Source of the DNA: an uncultured Pseudobdellovibrionaceae bacterium
GTDB taxonomy: Bacteria; Bdellovibrionota; Bdellovibrionia; Bdellovibrionales; UBA1609
DNA: 64,000 nucleotides
Direction: 5' to 3'
Assembly (NCBI GenBank): GCA_963803705.1
Contig: CAWDNU010000004.1
Coordinates: forward strand, 896,001-960,000
In this document: one piece after another, positions 40,676 to 50,518 of the stretch
Layout of the letters: every line of letters starts with the position of its first letter
How positions within the stretch are numbered: the first letter of the stretch is position 1
Program-made: the position numbers and the translations under genes
Notes under the pieces: model-generated
The model's input: the letters and a program-made list of their open reading frames with translations, nothing else
What the model was told of the DNA's origin: nothing
Database searches by the model: none

Positions 40676-41968
40676 TTGATACAAGCGAGCTTTAGAACTT
40701 TGAGAATCTTTAGGCAATTTGAAAAACACGAAGCACTTTTGATTTTACTATTGGCGTGCATTCAGTTTGCCCACATCGTGGACTTTATGATTATTATGCC
40801 CTTAGGCCCACAGATCACTCGTTTACTAAATATCTCTCAACAGCAATTTAGCTATCTTGTGTCAAGTTATACCCTAGCAGCAGGTCTAAGTGGTTTTCTT
40901 TCTTCTTTTTTTGTCGATTTTTTTGATCGAAAGAAAATCCTTATTACCTTTTTTGTTGGATTTACTTTAGGTACAATAGCCTGTGGTCTTGTTGATTCTT
41001 ACTATTCATTTTTGATCGCAAGATGCCTTACAGGAGCGTTTGGTGGTGTGTTGAGCTCTATTATATTATCAATTGTATCTGACAACTTTGAATATGAACG
41101 CCGAGGTCTTGCAGTAGGGACAGTAATGGGTGCTTTTGCGCTTGCATCAGTATTAGGTGTTCCATTTGGCCTGTATTTATCCAATCTATATCAATGGCAA
41201 GCGCCTTTTTTGATACTTGGTGGACTATGTCTATTCATTTTAGTTTTCGTTTCTTTTTTGGTTCCAAAGCAAAATCAACACTTAGTTAATGCAAAAGTAA
41301 GGGACCCTTTTCAAACTTTAAAAATGATCTCTCAAAGCTTAAATCAAAAATTAGCTCTTTTTTTAATTTTCTTTCTAGTTATGGGCCAGTTCACTATAAT
41401 TCCATTTATTAGTATGAGCTTCGTGTTCAACGCTAAGTTACCAGAGGCAAGTCTGCCGTTAATTTACTTATTCGGTGGATTTTGTTCTTTGGTCGCAGCG
41501 CCTATCGTGGGTAAATTATCTGATGTATTTACTAAAACTAAGGTTTTTTCCATATCCGTTTTAATTTCGATTGTGCCTATTTACCTTATAACTAATTTAG
41601 GCCCCAGTTCTCAGGCTGTGATATTACTGATTAGTTGCTCATTTTTTATTATAATGTCTGGCCGAATGGTTCCTGCAATGGCCTTGATCACGTCAACAGC
41701 ACCTACTGAAAAGCGTGCAGGATTTTTATCAATAGTGAGCGCTGTCCAACAACTATCGGCAGCATTCGCAGCATGGATTGCAGGCTTAGTAATGTCGATG
41801 TCTTCTAGCCAGAGCATATCTTTGGGCGAAGGCAACCACATGGGACCCTTGACGGACAGCTTAAGCAAACCTTTAGACACCTACCATCTAGTGGGCTACC
41901 TAGCCATCTTAGCATCAATTGTGACCTTTGCTTTGGCCCAAAAAGTAAAACCAGAATACACCGACTAA
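40676..41968 (+). CDS. MFS transporter
   Basis: About 12 TM segments; DFFDRK and GKLSD loop motifs. Confidence 0.9.
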   Translation: MIQASFRTLRIFRQFEKHEALLILLLACIQFAHIVDFMIIMPLGPQITRLLNISQQQFSYLVSSYTLAAGLSGFLSSFFVDFFDRKKILITFFVGFTLGTIACGLVDSYYSFLIARCLTGAFGGVLSSIILSIVSDNFEYERRGLAVGTVMGAFALASVLGVPFGLYLSNLYQWQAPFLILGGLCLFILVFVSFLVPKQNQHLVNAKVRDPFQTLKMISQSLNQKLALFLIFFLVMGQFTIIPFISMSFVFNAKLPEASLPLIYLFGGFCSLVAAPIVGKLSDVFTKTKVFSISVLISIVPIYLITNLGPSSQAVILLISCSFFIIMSGRMVPAMALITSTAPTEKRAGFLSIVSAVQQLSAAFAAWIAGLVMSMSSSQSISLGEGNHMGPLTDSLSKPLDTYHLVGYLAILASIVTFALAQKVKPEYTD

Positions 41969-41980
41969 TCTCAAGCTCAG

Positions 41981-42021
41981 CGCTCAGGTGCCACGCTCAG
42001 GTGCCAGGTTCCGAATGCTGG
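41981..42021 (-). repeat. Dispersed 24-bp repeat copy 2, plus local 13-bp duplication
   Basis: CGCTCAGGTGCCA twice (41981-42006); 41998-42021 is the reverse complement of 15224-15247. Confidence 0.8.
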
Positions 42022-42103
42022 GCGCAGTGCAGGATGGGGCATTTGCAAGTATAAATTTAGATCATTTGATTGAATGTTCATCTTTATCCGCTATCTTTAG
42101 ACT

Positions 42104-42832
42104 ATGAGCATTTGGTCCCTTTTACTACAGATTTATTTAGTCAGTTCACCCATAGCCCACGCCCAGAGCTCTTCAAAACCCTGCGCAATTCTACTTCACG
42201 GGTTAGCTAGAACCTCTAAGTCTATGAGCTCCTTGAAGAGTTATTTAGTTGCTGAGGACTTCATCGTTGTGAATAAGTCTTACCCTTCCCAAAAACACAA
42301 AATTGAGAAATTATCAAAATACGTAGGTTCAGCTATAAGTGATTGTGTACAGAAATCCCAAGGTAAAATTTATCTCGTAACTCATTCCATGGGGGCGATC
42401 CTGGTCCGCCACTATTTGCAAAATACCAGCAATAAACCTAATACCGACAAAATCAAAGCTATAGTTATGCTTTCACCCCCAAATCATGGAAGCGAGATCG
42501 TCGATGCTTTTAAAAGTCACCGTTGGTTCAAGTGGTATAACGGGCCTGCTGGGGCGCAACTAGGCACTGACCCGTCAAGTTTTCCCAATAGATTAAAACC
42601 TATCAAGTTTCCTGTGGGGGTGCTAACTGGAAACGTAAGTAGTGACCCATGGTTTTCATATTTATTTTCAAGCCCTAACGATGGCAAAGTGTCAGTTGCT
42701 AGCGCCAGGCTAAAAGAGATGAAAGATTTTTTAATCGTGGCCAGAGGCCATACCTTCATTATGAATTCCCCTGAGGTTCACCATCAGATCAAGTATTTTT
42801 TTACAAATTTAAAGTTCGAAAAAAACGACTAG
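42104..42832 (+). CDS. Secreted alpha/beta hydrolase (lipase-like)
   Basis: LHGL, THSMG nucleophile elbow, NDGKV, GHTF; signal peptide. Confidence 0.88.
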   Translation: MSIWSLLLQIYLVSSPIAHAQSSSKPCAILLHGLARTSKSMSSLKSYLVAEDFIVVNKSYPSQKHKIEKLSKYVGSAISDCVQKSQGKIYLVTHSMGAILVRHYLQNTSNKPNTDKIKAIVMLSPPNHGSEIVDAFKSHRWFKWYNGPAGAQLGTDPSSFPNRLKPIKFPVGVLTGNVSSDPWFSYLFSSPNDGKVSVASARLKEMKDFLIVARGHTFIMNSPEVHHQIKYFFTNLKFEKND

Positions 42833-42879
42833 ACTGGAGTCAGTCTGTAGGAGAGTAAGTCCGAAAAAAATTTTTGAAC

Positions 42880-44208
42880 TTACACCCTGGAAAGCCATTT
42901 TTTTTGGTAAGATCTGTCAGGGTCATAATTTGCACTTTGCCAAGTGTAGTCGAATTTGTGAGCGTTCCAAATTCCCACACCAGCGACATACTGCCAGTTT
43001 CCGTAATTGCTAGCAGGATCGTAGTCTATAAGTCGTGACTCAAACCATTTTGCGCCCCACCACCAAGGTAGATCCATCTCATGAACTAAATAACTTGCGA
43101 CATTTTGCCTTCCTCGATTCGACATAAAACCTGTTAGTTTTAGTTCAATCATATTTGCGTTAATAAACGAGTTCTTTGTGCGGCCTAATTTCCAGTTTTC
43201 GAACATCTCCAAATTTTTAAGTTCTGAATTTGAATTTGAATTTGATTTTGGGAGATCTTCATGAAGACCACATTCATTGAAAAATAAATATTTATAGGTT
43301 TCAGCAATCAACTTGAAATAATCACGCCATAGCAGTTCCAACTTTAACCAATAGGTAGACGAATTTGAATCAAACCTTTTCTCATAATCTATAATTTGTT
43401 TAAAAATTTCTACCGGAGACAATGCACCGACCGCAAGCCATCCAGACATTTTTGATGAATCGTAGAATTCGATCATCCCGTTTCTTGTTTTTTTGTAATG
43501 CTTTACATGTTGCATTTTCCAAATATAGTTTTCTAAGTGATCTAGCCCGGATTCCCTGTGACCTTGAAGGTCAAAGGCAATTTCAACCTTATCCAAAACT
43601 TTGAGTTCAGTGCGACACCACTCTAATACTGTTTTCAAGACATTTTGACTAGGCCCTTCCACGCCACAAATTTCATTAGAATTTGTTAGTTTGGATTCGC
43701 GATCTTTCAACGGATCTGCTTGGCCAACATGCTGAACTGGCCAATCTAGATTTTCGATTTTTTTTCTAAATTTGGTAAATGATGGGTCGTTGATACAGCC
43801 TAAATCCAAGGTATTGAAGTCTAAAAGTCTGTCGACAGGTTCAGATAAAATTTGAACATCTTTAGGCACTGAATCCATCAAACTGTTTTCATAGGCAAAG
43901 GGACTGCTACCAATATATACTCTAGAAACTTTTTTCGAAGAAATATATGATTTCAAATTTTCTTTCTCGTTTATAAAAACAAAATCATGGCCCATAGATT
44001 CTAATTGAAGAGCCAGAGATTCCAAAGCCTGTAAGTAAAATTTCTTCTTTGACTCTGCCCATAGCTGAAATCCTAAGTCGTCCTGTAAACTATAATCAAC
44101 TGGCTTTATAAGCACAAAAGTTAAATTTTTTGAATTTTTCAAAGCTTTATCTAGAAGTGGATTACAACCGTACCTCAAATCATTCTGAAATATATATAGA
44201 GAGTCCAT
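42880..44208 (-). CDS. DASH-family cryptochrome/photolyase
   Basis: YKKTRNG, ELLWRDYF, TGFMSNRGRQNVAS, DYDPASNYGNW. Confidence 0.92.
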   Translation of the reverse strand: MDSLYIFQNDLRYGCNPLLDKALKNSKNLTFVLIKPVDYSLQDDLGFQLWAESKKKFYLQALESLALQLESMGHDFVFINEKENLKSYISSKKVSRVYIGSSPFAYENSLMDSVPKDVQILSEPVDRLLDFNTLDLGCINDPSFTKFRKKIENLDWPVQHVGQADPLKDRESKLTNSNEICGVEGPSQNVLKTVLEWCRTELKVLDKVEIAFDLQGHRESGLDHLENYIWKMQHVKHYKKTRNGMIEFYDSSKMSGWLAVGALSPVEIFKQIIDYEKRFDSNSSTYWLKLELLWRDYFKLIAETYKYLFFNECGLHEDLPKSNSNSNSELKNLEMFENWKLGRTKNSFINANMIELKLTGFMSNRGRQNVASYLVHEMDLPWWWGAKWFESRLIDYDPASNYGNWQYVAGVGIWNAHKFDYTWQSANYDPDRSYQKKWLSRV

Positions 44209-44364
44209 TAGCCTCCTTAAGATTTCTTGATTAAGATATTATACTTAGCACTTTTATAAAATAGGAAACCCTTTTTTTTTTACAAATTGTTTTGAAACTT
44301 AGGATTTGTTCTTAAATACGTTCAAAAATAATACACCATTATAAATCGTGTTACTCTCATTTCC

Positions 44365-45165
44365 ATGCCTAACAAAATTTTTGGTATTGATCAGACTGGA
44401 GCCGCAAATGGCAGCTCTAGAGCTAAGCCGTTAAAAGCCTGTGAGATCATTTTAGATTCAAATGAAGAAATTTTAAATGTAACTTTTTTTAAAATTTCTG
44501 AGTTTGGAATTTGGATAAAAAAACTAGACCCAAACTTCACTAATCACATATTTATAGATTGTGTGCTGGGACTGCCAATTGAACTTTATAACATCGATTC
44601 AACCAGAACCCTTCGCGATTGGATTTTAGAAACAAAAGACTTTCAGTTTGAAATGCATAAATATGGGCGAAAAGCATCTGAAGCTTTTTTTACCGAGGTA
44701 CTTAGATTTTATAATTTAAGTTCTTTATATCCACCAAAAAGGGCTGTTGAAGTCAGCTTGAAATCGAATTCAGTTTTTACAACGATGCCGTATCAAAAAA
44801 ACATTCAGACTGGCACCTATAGAATATGGAAAGAACTAGGTGCCGCCCTTCAAGATGTAGTCTTATGGCCTAGCGACTTTTACTTAAGAGATGAAGCTAG
44901 CACTATCATGTACGAAGTTTATCCAAGCTTTTTCTATAAGACTTTACTAAACACAAAAATCAGAAAACCAGAACCCGTTATTAAATATCTAAGATCGAAA
45001 AACCTTTCTGTATCTGATACCTTATCTGAAGCCATTTTAGATCCTGACAACTGCGATGCATTAGTTGCGGCCTTGGGTGGGCTAAATAGCCTAAGAAAAG
45101 AAGATGTTTGGAGTTTTAACGATGATAATATTTTTTTTGAAGGCGGCATACTAGGTTCAACCTAG
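44365..45165 (+). CDS. DUF429-like predicted RNase H-fold nuclease
   Basis: GID, ID...GLP, EVYP, DALVAAL, EGGI. Confidence 0.7.
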   Translation: MPNKIFGIDQTGAANGSSRAKPLKACEIILDSNEEILNVTFFKISEFGIWIKKLDPNFTNHIFIDCVLGLPIELYNIDSTRTLRDWILETKDFQFEMHKYGRKASEAFFTEVLRFYNLSSLYPPKRAVEVSLKSNSVFTTMPYQKNIQTGTYRIWKELGAALQDVVLWPSDFYLRDEASTIMYEVYPSFFYKTLLNTKIRKPEPVIKYLRSKNLSVSDTLSEAILDPDNCDALVAALGGLNSLRKEDVWSFNDDNIFFEGGILGST

Positions 45166-45269
45166 TCTTGTTTACGAAGATAAACTAGATACTGCCCAAT
45201 TCTTTTTGAGCCTTCCGCCTATTTGATACTTTATTTCAAAGTTGTACTGCCCAAGGCAAGAAAAAAACA

Positions 45270-45893
45270 CTAAAGCAATTTAGAAATTTCTGATTCAAGT
45301 TCAGCCGGAGTCGTTTTCGACTTATATCTTTTGATAGTTCCATCTTTAGTTACAAGAAATTTTTCAAAATTCCAACTGACATCAGACTTGTCATCTGACA
45401 AGGAGATCAGCTCTTTGTAAAATGGCTGAATCCCAGAGCCTTTAACTGAAGCTTTAGACATTAAAGGAAAAGTCACCCCGTAATTTAGTTTACAGAAATC
45501 CTTTATCTCTGCATTTGTCCCAGGTTCTTGAGCTCCAAAATCGTTGCTTGGAAACCCCACAACAGCAAATCCCTTATCTTTAAACTTTTGATGTAAGGCC
45601 TCCAGACCCTTGTACTGAGAGGTAAATCCACATTCAGAAGCCGTGTTCACAAATAAAAACACATCTGTCTTTTCGAAATCGGTTAATTTTATATTTTTAT
45701 TATTCACCGTAGTTAAATCTATACTTAGCAGACTGTTCATTGATGCTCCTAGTTTGGGTTCTACTGTCTTTTGGGATGAAGGTTGGGTTTTTTTCGTCTT
45801 TGGCTGTGAATGTTCACTGGTGTCCCCAGCACAGCTGGTTAAACTGAAGAAAAATATAAAAGACAAACAATTCGCTAAATTAATCATATGCAT
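45270..45893 (-). CDS. Glutathione peroxidase family protein with lipoprotein signal
   Basis: NTASECGFT, GFPSNDFGAQEPG, WNFEKFL; lipobox LTSC. Confidence 0.93.
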   Translation of the reverse strand: MHMINLANCLSFIFFFSLTSCAGDTSEHSQPKTKKTQPSSQKTVEPKLGASMNSLLSIDLTTVNNKNIKLTDFEKTDVFLFVNTASECGFTSQYKGLEALHQKFKDKGFAVVGFPSNDFGAQEPGTNAEIKDFCKLNYGVTFPLMSKASVKGSGIQPFYKELISLSDDKSDVSWNFEKFLVTKDGTIKRYKSKTTPAELESEISKLL

Positions 45894-45911
45894 TTCGGAT
45901 CCCTTTCTATT

Positions 45912-47402
45912 TTAAGTTCTAACGTTAACTGAATCTACACTTGTTGTCAGATTTGTAACGAAATCATTTTTTAAACTTTTTGCAGTTTTATCAATTATTT
46001 CGAACATTTTGCTCAGAACGTTTTCGTTTAACCTCAAATGATTCAGTACAAGCCTAATAAAAACTCCGTGCTCTTCAGTAGACGAATAGTTAACTAGTAC
46101 AAATCCTTCTTTTATAAGCTGTCGTCTTAGTTTTTTTTGAAAGATGTCTAAGCTCTTAGGCCCTAAATCTGAATTTGGATCAACGCTCAAGTCTGGGACT
46201 TTAAAACAGATATTTAAGTATTCAGGTTCATGTAAAGCTGTGTACCCGTAATCTTTAATCAGCTGAAGTACGTGTTTTCTCAAACCCATCAAGTTATTGA
46301 CATAGTCTCTGTAACCCTTGTTCCCCAGAAATTTCCAGGTCATCCATAAAGATAGCGAATCAACTTTTCGTCCGCATTGAATCGCTTTAGAACCCGTATC
46401 AAAAAAAGAATCCTCGTCTTCATGAAATATGTATTGTGTGCCAGCACACGAATTGGCTTTTGAAAGCAGGTATTCTTTTTGAGTTATAAATATTGCTTTT
46501 GTTAATGTCCCACCCAAAAGCTTATGGAAGTCAAACGTTACTGAATCGACTCTGTTCAATGCCTTTTGCACCTGTTCATCGGTGAAAACCAAGGGGCCAC
46601 CCCATGCGCCATCTACGTGGTGCCACAGCCCAAACTTTTCGCAAGCTGTCTGCACCTCCTGTATGGGATCGACGGCACCAAAAACGGTTGTACCTAACGT
46701 GGACACAACAAGGGTTGGTGAATATCCATCTGCGATATCTTTTTGAATCAGATCAACTAGCTGTGAAACATCCATTTTAAAATCAGAACCAGAATTTACG
46801 CACCTGACCTGGTTTTCACCCAAACCCAGTAAATGAGCTGCTTTCTTAACGCTGTAGTGGGCTTGATCGCTGATGTATACAATGTTCTTTTCGCTCTGGC
46901 CTAGGATTTTAACGTCAGGATTCTTTGAAAACCGAGATAAATGCATAGCCATCATGTTAGCGTAGCTTCCACCGGGAACCATTATCCCATCATGAGCAGA
47001 CCAGCCCATCAAATCCGACAAGGACTTCAAGATTTGCTTTTCGAACATAGTCGCCATTGGTGCTATCTCAAAGGTGGCCATTGAAGTGTTCATAAACGCA
47101 TTTACCCACTCACTTACAACAGCGATCGGATGTGCACCACCATAAAGTTGATTTACAAAATATGGGCTTTGGGTGTTTAAAGCCTGGTCCATGTAGCTTA
47201 GTAAATGAGTTTTAGTCGTTTCCAAAGAGGCTGGCTCATCTGCTAAGTCAAAATCAAATGTGTCAGCCATAGATTGAGCAGGGTTGTAATTAGACACTTT
47301 ATCTTGATCAACTTTTTGGTGAATCTTTTCAAGAATTAAATCTACCCAACCTGAATCTTCTATTTCAGTCCAAAGTTCTTTAAAATCCTTGCCGATCATC
47401 AC
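45912..47402 (-). CDS. Group II PLP decarboxylase, CSAD/GADL1-like
   Basis: FVNQLY...NTSMATFEIAP, HYS, GTTVFGA, HVDGAWGG, DFHK, QCGRKVD. Confidence 0.88.
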   Translation of the reverse strand: MMIGKDFKELWTEIEDSGWVDLILEKIHQKVDQDKVSNYNPAQSMADTFDFDLADEPASLETTKTHLLSYMDQALNTQSPYFVNQLYGGAHPIAVVSEWVNAFMNTSMATFEIAPMATMFEKQILKSLSDLMGWSAHDGIMVPGGSYANMMAMHLSRFSKNPDVKILGQSEKNIVYISDQAHYSVKKAAHLLGLGENQVRCVNSGSDFKMDVSQLVDLIQKDIADGYSPTLVVSTLGTTVFGAVDPIQEVQTACEKFGLWHHVDGAWGGPLVFTDEQVQKALNRVDSVTFDFHKLLGGTLTKAIFITQKEYLLSKANSCAGTQYIFHEDEDSFFDTGSKAIQCGRKVDSLSLWMTWKFLGNKGYRDYVNNLMGLRKHVLQLIKDYGYTALHEPEYLNICFKVPDLSVDPNSDLGPKSLDIFQKKLRRQLIKEGFVLVNYSSTEEHGVFIRLVLNHLRLNENVLSKMFEIIDKTAKSLKNDFVTNLTTSVDSVNVRT

Positions 47403-47896
47403 TGCTCCATTTGCCTATAGATATGTAAACTAATGACTTCATCAGATAGAGCAGACATTTTGTGAATACCTAAAGTGTCGTCAATGTAGTTCCAAGTCCC
47501 TTCACTGATAACGGAGGTCACTTTAGAATCTTGGATTTCAGACCAAGCATTGTGTTTTTTATACTCTGCTTCCAAATCGTTCCATTCAAGCAAACCGTCT
47601 TTAATAGAAAAACCTATAACGCTTGGGATTCTGACTTCCTGAAACTGACCTTTTAAAACGTAAATCCAACATGATTGATTAGGATGGCTGTGAAAAGTTG
47701 TAACCTGTCCCTTCTTCCAACACGCAAGTACGACCTCGTTTAAATCACCTGCCTTACAAATCACATCTCTGCTGTAGGCTTCATCTTTAAAACTTTTTTT
47801 AGCCCAACACAGATCTTTGATACTAGGTAAAAATTCTGTGATTTTAGATCTGGGGTCCAAATTATGGCTTAAGATTTCACTGAATACCGATTCCAT
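47399..47896 (-). CDS. Cysteine dioxygenase type I
   Basis: YSR, CW..GQ, HSH...C, GIH, SLHIY. Confidence 0.85.
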   Translation of the reverse strand: MESVFSEILSHNLDPRSKITEFLPSIKDLCWAKKSFKDEAYSRDVICKAGDLNEVVLACWKKGQVTTFHSHPNQSCWIYVLKGQFQEVRIPSVIGFSIKDGLLEWNDLEAEYKKHNAWSEIQDSKVTSVISEGTWNYIDDTLGIHKMSALSDEVISLHIYRQMEQ

Positions 47897-47911
47897 AAGA
47901 TGTAGATAAGA

Positions 47912-48892
47912 CTATCTATTTCTGTAATAATCAAGTAAAGACGTCAAAGTTCTTGTTAAGCTTTCTTTTTGACAACCTTGTTTTCTATTTTTTACAGCAA
48001 TTTCAGCCATTTTCTGCCAATGCCAAAAAATGTCTTTGTAAGCTTTTTCAGTCGAGCACTCTGGATCATATATATGACCTGGTTCAGCGCTTATGCCGTT
48101 GACCTCCATCACTTTAAAATCGCCTTTTTTTAATGCTTCCAAAGATTTAGCTTTTACATCAAAGCGTCCAAAGTAGAAGTTTGGTAAACTTAAAACGAGC
48201 TCTTCAAAAGTTGACTTTAGCTGGCCATCAATTTCTTTTTCAGCATTTACAAATTTGGTACCACGACAGTGATTACCAATTGGTTCTAGCAGTAAAATTT
48301 TACCTTTGATTAAGATGCGGTCTAAGTAAGCAGGAAGTTCTTCTTTTTTATAGTATTTTGAAGCTCGTCCATGGTTTTCAAAAAGAGTTTCTAAAGTAGA
48401 TTTTCCATCACCCGTTAGCGCCAAGAATTCTTTTTGTACTAATGAAGATACATAAAAAATATTTTCAGTGCGAACTACAAAAACGCCAAGCTCAATTTTA
48501 TCGTTTATAAATTCTTGCACAAGATAAGGCTGTTTTGATGTTTTATGATATTTTCTAAACTGGTTAAGGTTTTCAATAAATTGCACTCTGTAGCCTCTTG
48601 CACCTTTGTCAGGCTTAGCTATAAAAGGATATCTGAAATTGTTTTTTAATATTTCCAATTCCACTGCCGAAAAACTTGTACTATTTAAAACATAAATAGT
48701 TTTAGGCAAAAATTTGTCAGGTACCTGTTCCAACATTTTATATTTTGAATAACCTATAAGGCCACCGTTTTCCATAGAAGGATTTGTCCAGCAAAAGTAA
48801 TTTAAAGATCTTAGTTTTATAGCATTTTTGAAATAGACAAAAAGCACCGGCAGGTAAAATAATTGAGATGGCCAAAATTCGTGGTGCAACAC
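47912..48892 (-). CDS. ATP-grasp protein (D-Ala-D-Ala ligase-like superfamily)
   Basis: PFIAKPDKGARG, LVQEF, GNHCRG, FGRFDVK, MEVNG, EPGHIYDP; GTG start after an AGAGG SD. Confidence 0.85.
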   Translation of the reverse strand: MLHHEFWPSQLFYLPVLFVYFKNAIKLRSLNYFCWTNPSMENGGLIGYSKYKMLEQVPDKFLPKTIYVLNSTSFSAVELEILKNNFRYPFIAKPDKGARGYRVQFIENLNQFRKYHKTSKQPYLVQEFINDKIELGVFVVRTENIFYVSSLVQKEFLALTGDGKSTLETLFENHGRASKYYKKEELPAYLDRILIKGKILLLEPIGNHCRGTKFVNAEKEIDGQLKSTFEELVLSLPNFYFGRFDVKAKSLEALKKGDFKVMEVNGISAEPGHIYDPECSTEKAYKDIFWHWQKMAEIAVKNRKQGCQKESLTRTLTSLLDYYRNR

Positions 48893-48928
48893 TTTTATAT
48901 CCTCTTATGCTTATGTTATATTTCCAGT

Positions 48929-49912
48929 ATGACAGACAATAAACAATACGCAAAAGAACTTATTCATTGGTACAAAGCCCATAACCGCAGACTTCCTTGG
49001 AGAGAGGATCGGAACCCTTACAGAATATGGATTTCTGAAATCATGCTTCAGCAAACTACAACAAAAGCGGTGGTTAGCTATTTCAAAAAATTTATGAATA
49101 CTTTTCCCAATGTCAAAACTTTATCAAAAGCTAGCTTAGAGGAAGTCTACGAGCAGTGGGCAGGTCTTGGTTATTATTCTAGGGCCAGAAATGTGCACGC
49201 TTCTTCTAAAATTTTATCGAAAATTAAATTTCCTAAAAGTTACAAAGAACTTTTAGAACTTCCGGGTTTCGGCCCTTACACAGCTAGAGCAGTATCTAGC
49301 CAAGCTTTTGGTGAACAGGTCGGGGTAGTCGATGGTAACGTGATCCGAGTTTATTGTCGGATTTTTAACTTTAACAAAGCGTGGTGGAATACTTCCACTC
49401 ACAAGCAAATACAAAATTGGGCAGATCAATTGAGCCAATTGGCTAACCCATCTGATCTTAATCAAGCACTTATGGAACTGGGTGCTACTTTGTGCACCCC
49501 AAAATCACCTGCATGTCTGTTATGCCCTTGGAGTGAACACTGCCAGGCTTTTGCCAACCAAACTCAGGATTCGGTACCGCTTTCAAGGCCAAAAAAGACC
49601 AAAGAGATTTGGATTTGGACACCAGAGATTTATAGAAATAAGAAAAGTGAATTTATGCTGGTAGAAAATAACGACGTTTTATTTTTATCCAATAAGTGGG
49701 TTTTCCCCGGTCCAGCTATTCAGGTCACAACAAAGCCAAAAAAATTTACATACAAACACAATATCACTCACCACGAAATTTACGTTCTAGTACAACCCAA
49801 AAAATCTCTGCCCGCTGGTGGCTTTGATAAGATGATATTCGTTAAGCAAGAGGATTTATCCAAGAAATCTCCATTTTCGCTGATGAAGAAGGCTTTAGCC
49901 CACTTACAATAA
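48929..49912 (+). CDS. mutY: A/G-specific adenine glycosylase
   Basis: LPWR, SEIMLQQT, WAGLGYYSRARN, VDGNV, Fe-S motif C-x6-C-x2-C-x5-C. Likely start is MTDNK at 48929. Confidence 0.95.
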   Translation: MTDNKQYAKELIHWYKAHNRRLPWREDRNPYRIWISEIMLQQTTTKAVVSYFKKFMNTFPNVKTLSKASLEEVYEQWAGLGYYSRARNVHASSKILSKIKFPKSYKELLELPGFGPYTARAVSSQAFGEQVGVVDGNVIRVYCRIFNFNKAWWNTSTHKQIQNWADQLSQLANPSDLNQALMELGATLCTPKSPACLLCPWSEHCQAFANQTQDSVPLSRPKKTKEIWIWTPEIYRNKKSEFMLVENNDVLFLSNKWVFPGPAIQVTTKPKKFTYKHNITHHEIYVLVQPKKSLPAGGFDKMIFVKQEDLSKKSPFSLMKKALAHLQ

Positions 49913-49955
49913 TGAAAAAGATAAATCCTTGGATTTTTTAAACTAGCGAAGTAAC

Positions 49956-50501
49956 ATGGTAAGGGTGAATCTACTAAAACTATTTATTTTTTACATTCAA
50001 TTAGCGTCGGGTACGACTCCTCCGTTAAATTTTTCAGATCTGGCAAGAGAGCCTAAAACCGTGTACTTCGGTGATCTAAATTTTAAAATACACGCCGATA
50101 ACACAGACTGGTATCAAATTCCCGCAGACAAAATAAAATCGAAGACTGTTCAGGCAGAATTCAGGAGTCTTGATGAGCTGCAACCTGGACGCTTGACTGT
50201 TCGTTCTGAATCCATCAAAAAAAATCTGCGGTTATCCGAATATATTCGTAGATCTGCTAAAGATTATCGTCGATTTGGCTTTAAAGTATTAGATTTACGC
50301 CCATTGGTGATCAACAAAAATCAGGCCTTTCTTCTAGATTTAACTAAGGAAGATTCGCTATTGCAGACCAGGCAAATCTTATTCAAGCAAAAATCGAACA
50401 TTGTCATTCTGACTTGCACAGGTGATCAAGTAAAATTCCAATCTGATCTAAAATCTTGTAACCAAATTGCACGAAATTTTAAGTGGACATCTTTAGATTG
50501 A
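49956..50501 (+). CDS. Secreted hypothetical protein, possibly PsbP/DcrB-like fold
   Basis: Signal-like N-terminus; C-terminal strands then helix (IVILTCT...FKW). Confidence 0.55.
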   Translation: MVRVNLLKLFIFYIQLASGTTPPLNFSDLAREPKTVYFGDLNFKIHADNTDWYQIPADKIKSKTVQAEFRSLDELQPGRLTVRSESIKKNLRLSEYIRRSAKDYRRFGFKVLDLRPLVINKNQAFLLDLTKEDSLLQTRQILFKQKSNIVILTCTGDQVKFQSDLKSCNQIARNFKWTSLD

Positions 50502-50518
50502 TTTAAAGTAGCAAAAAT

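Noticed and set aside
48863..48928. Extended mutY N-terminus
   Set aside because: It overlaps the divergent gene; homology begins after Met at 48929.
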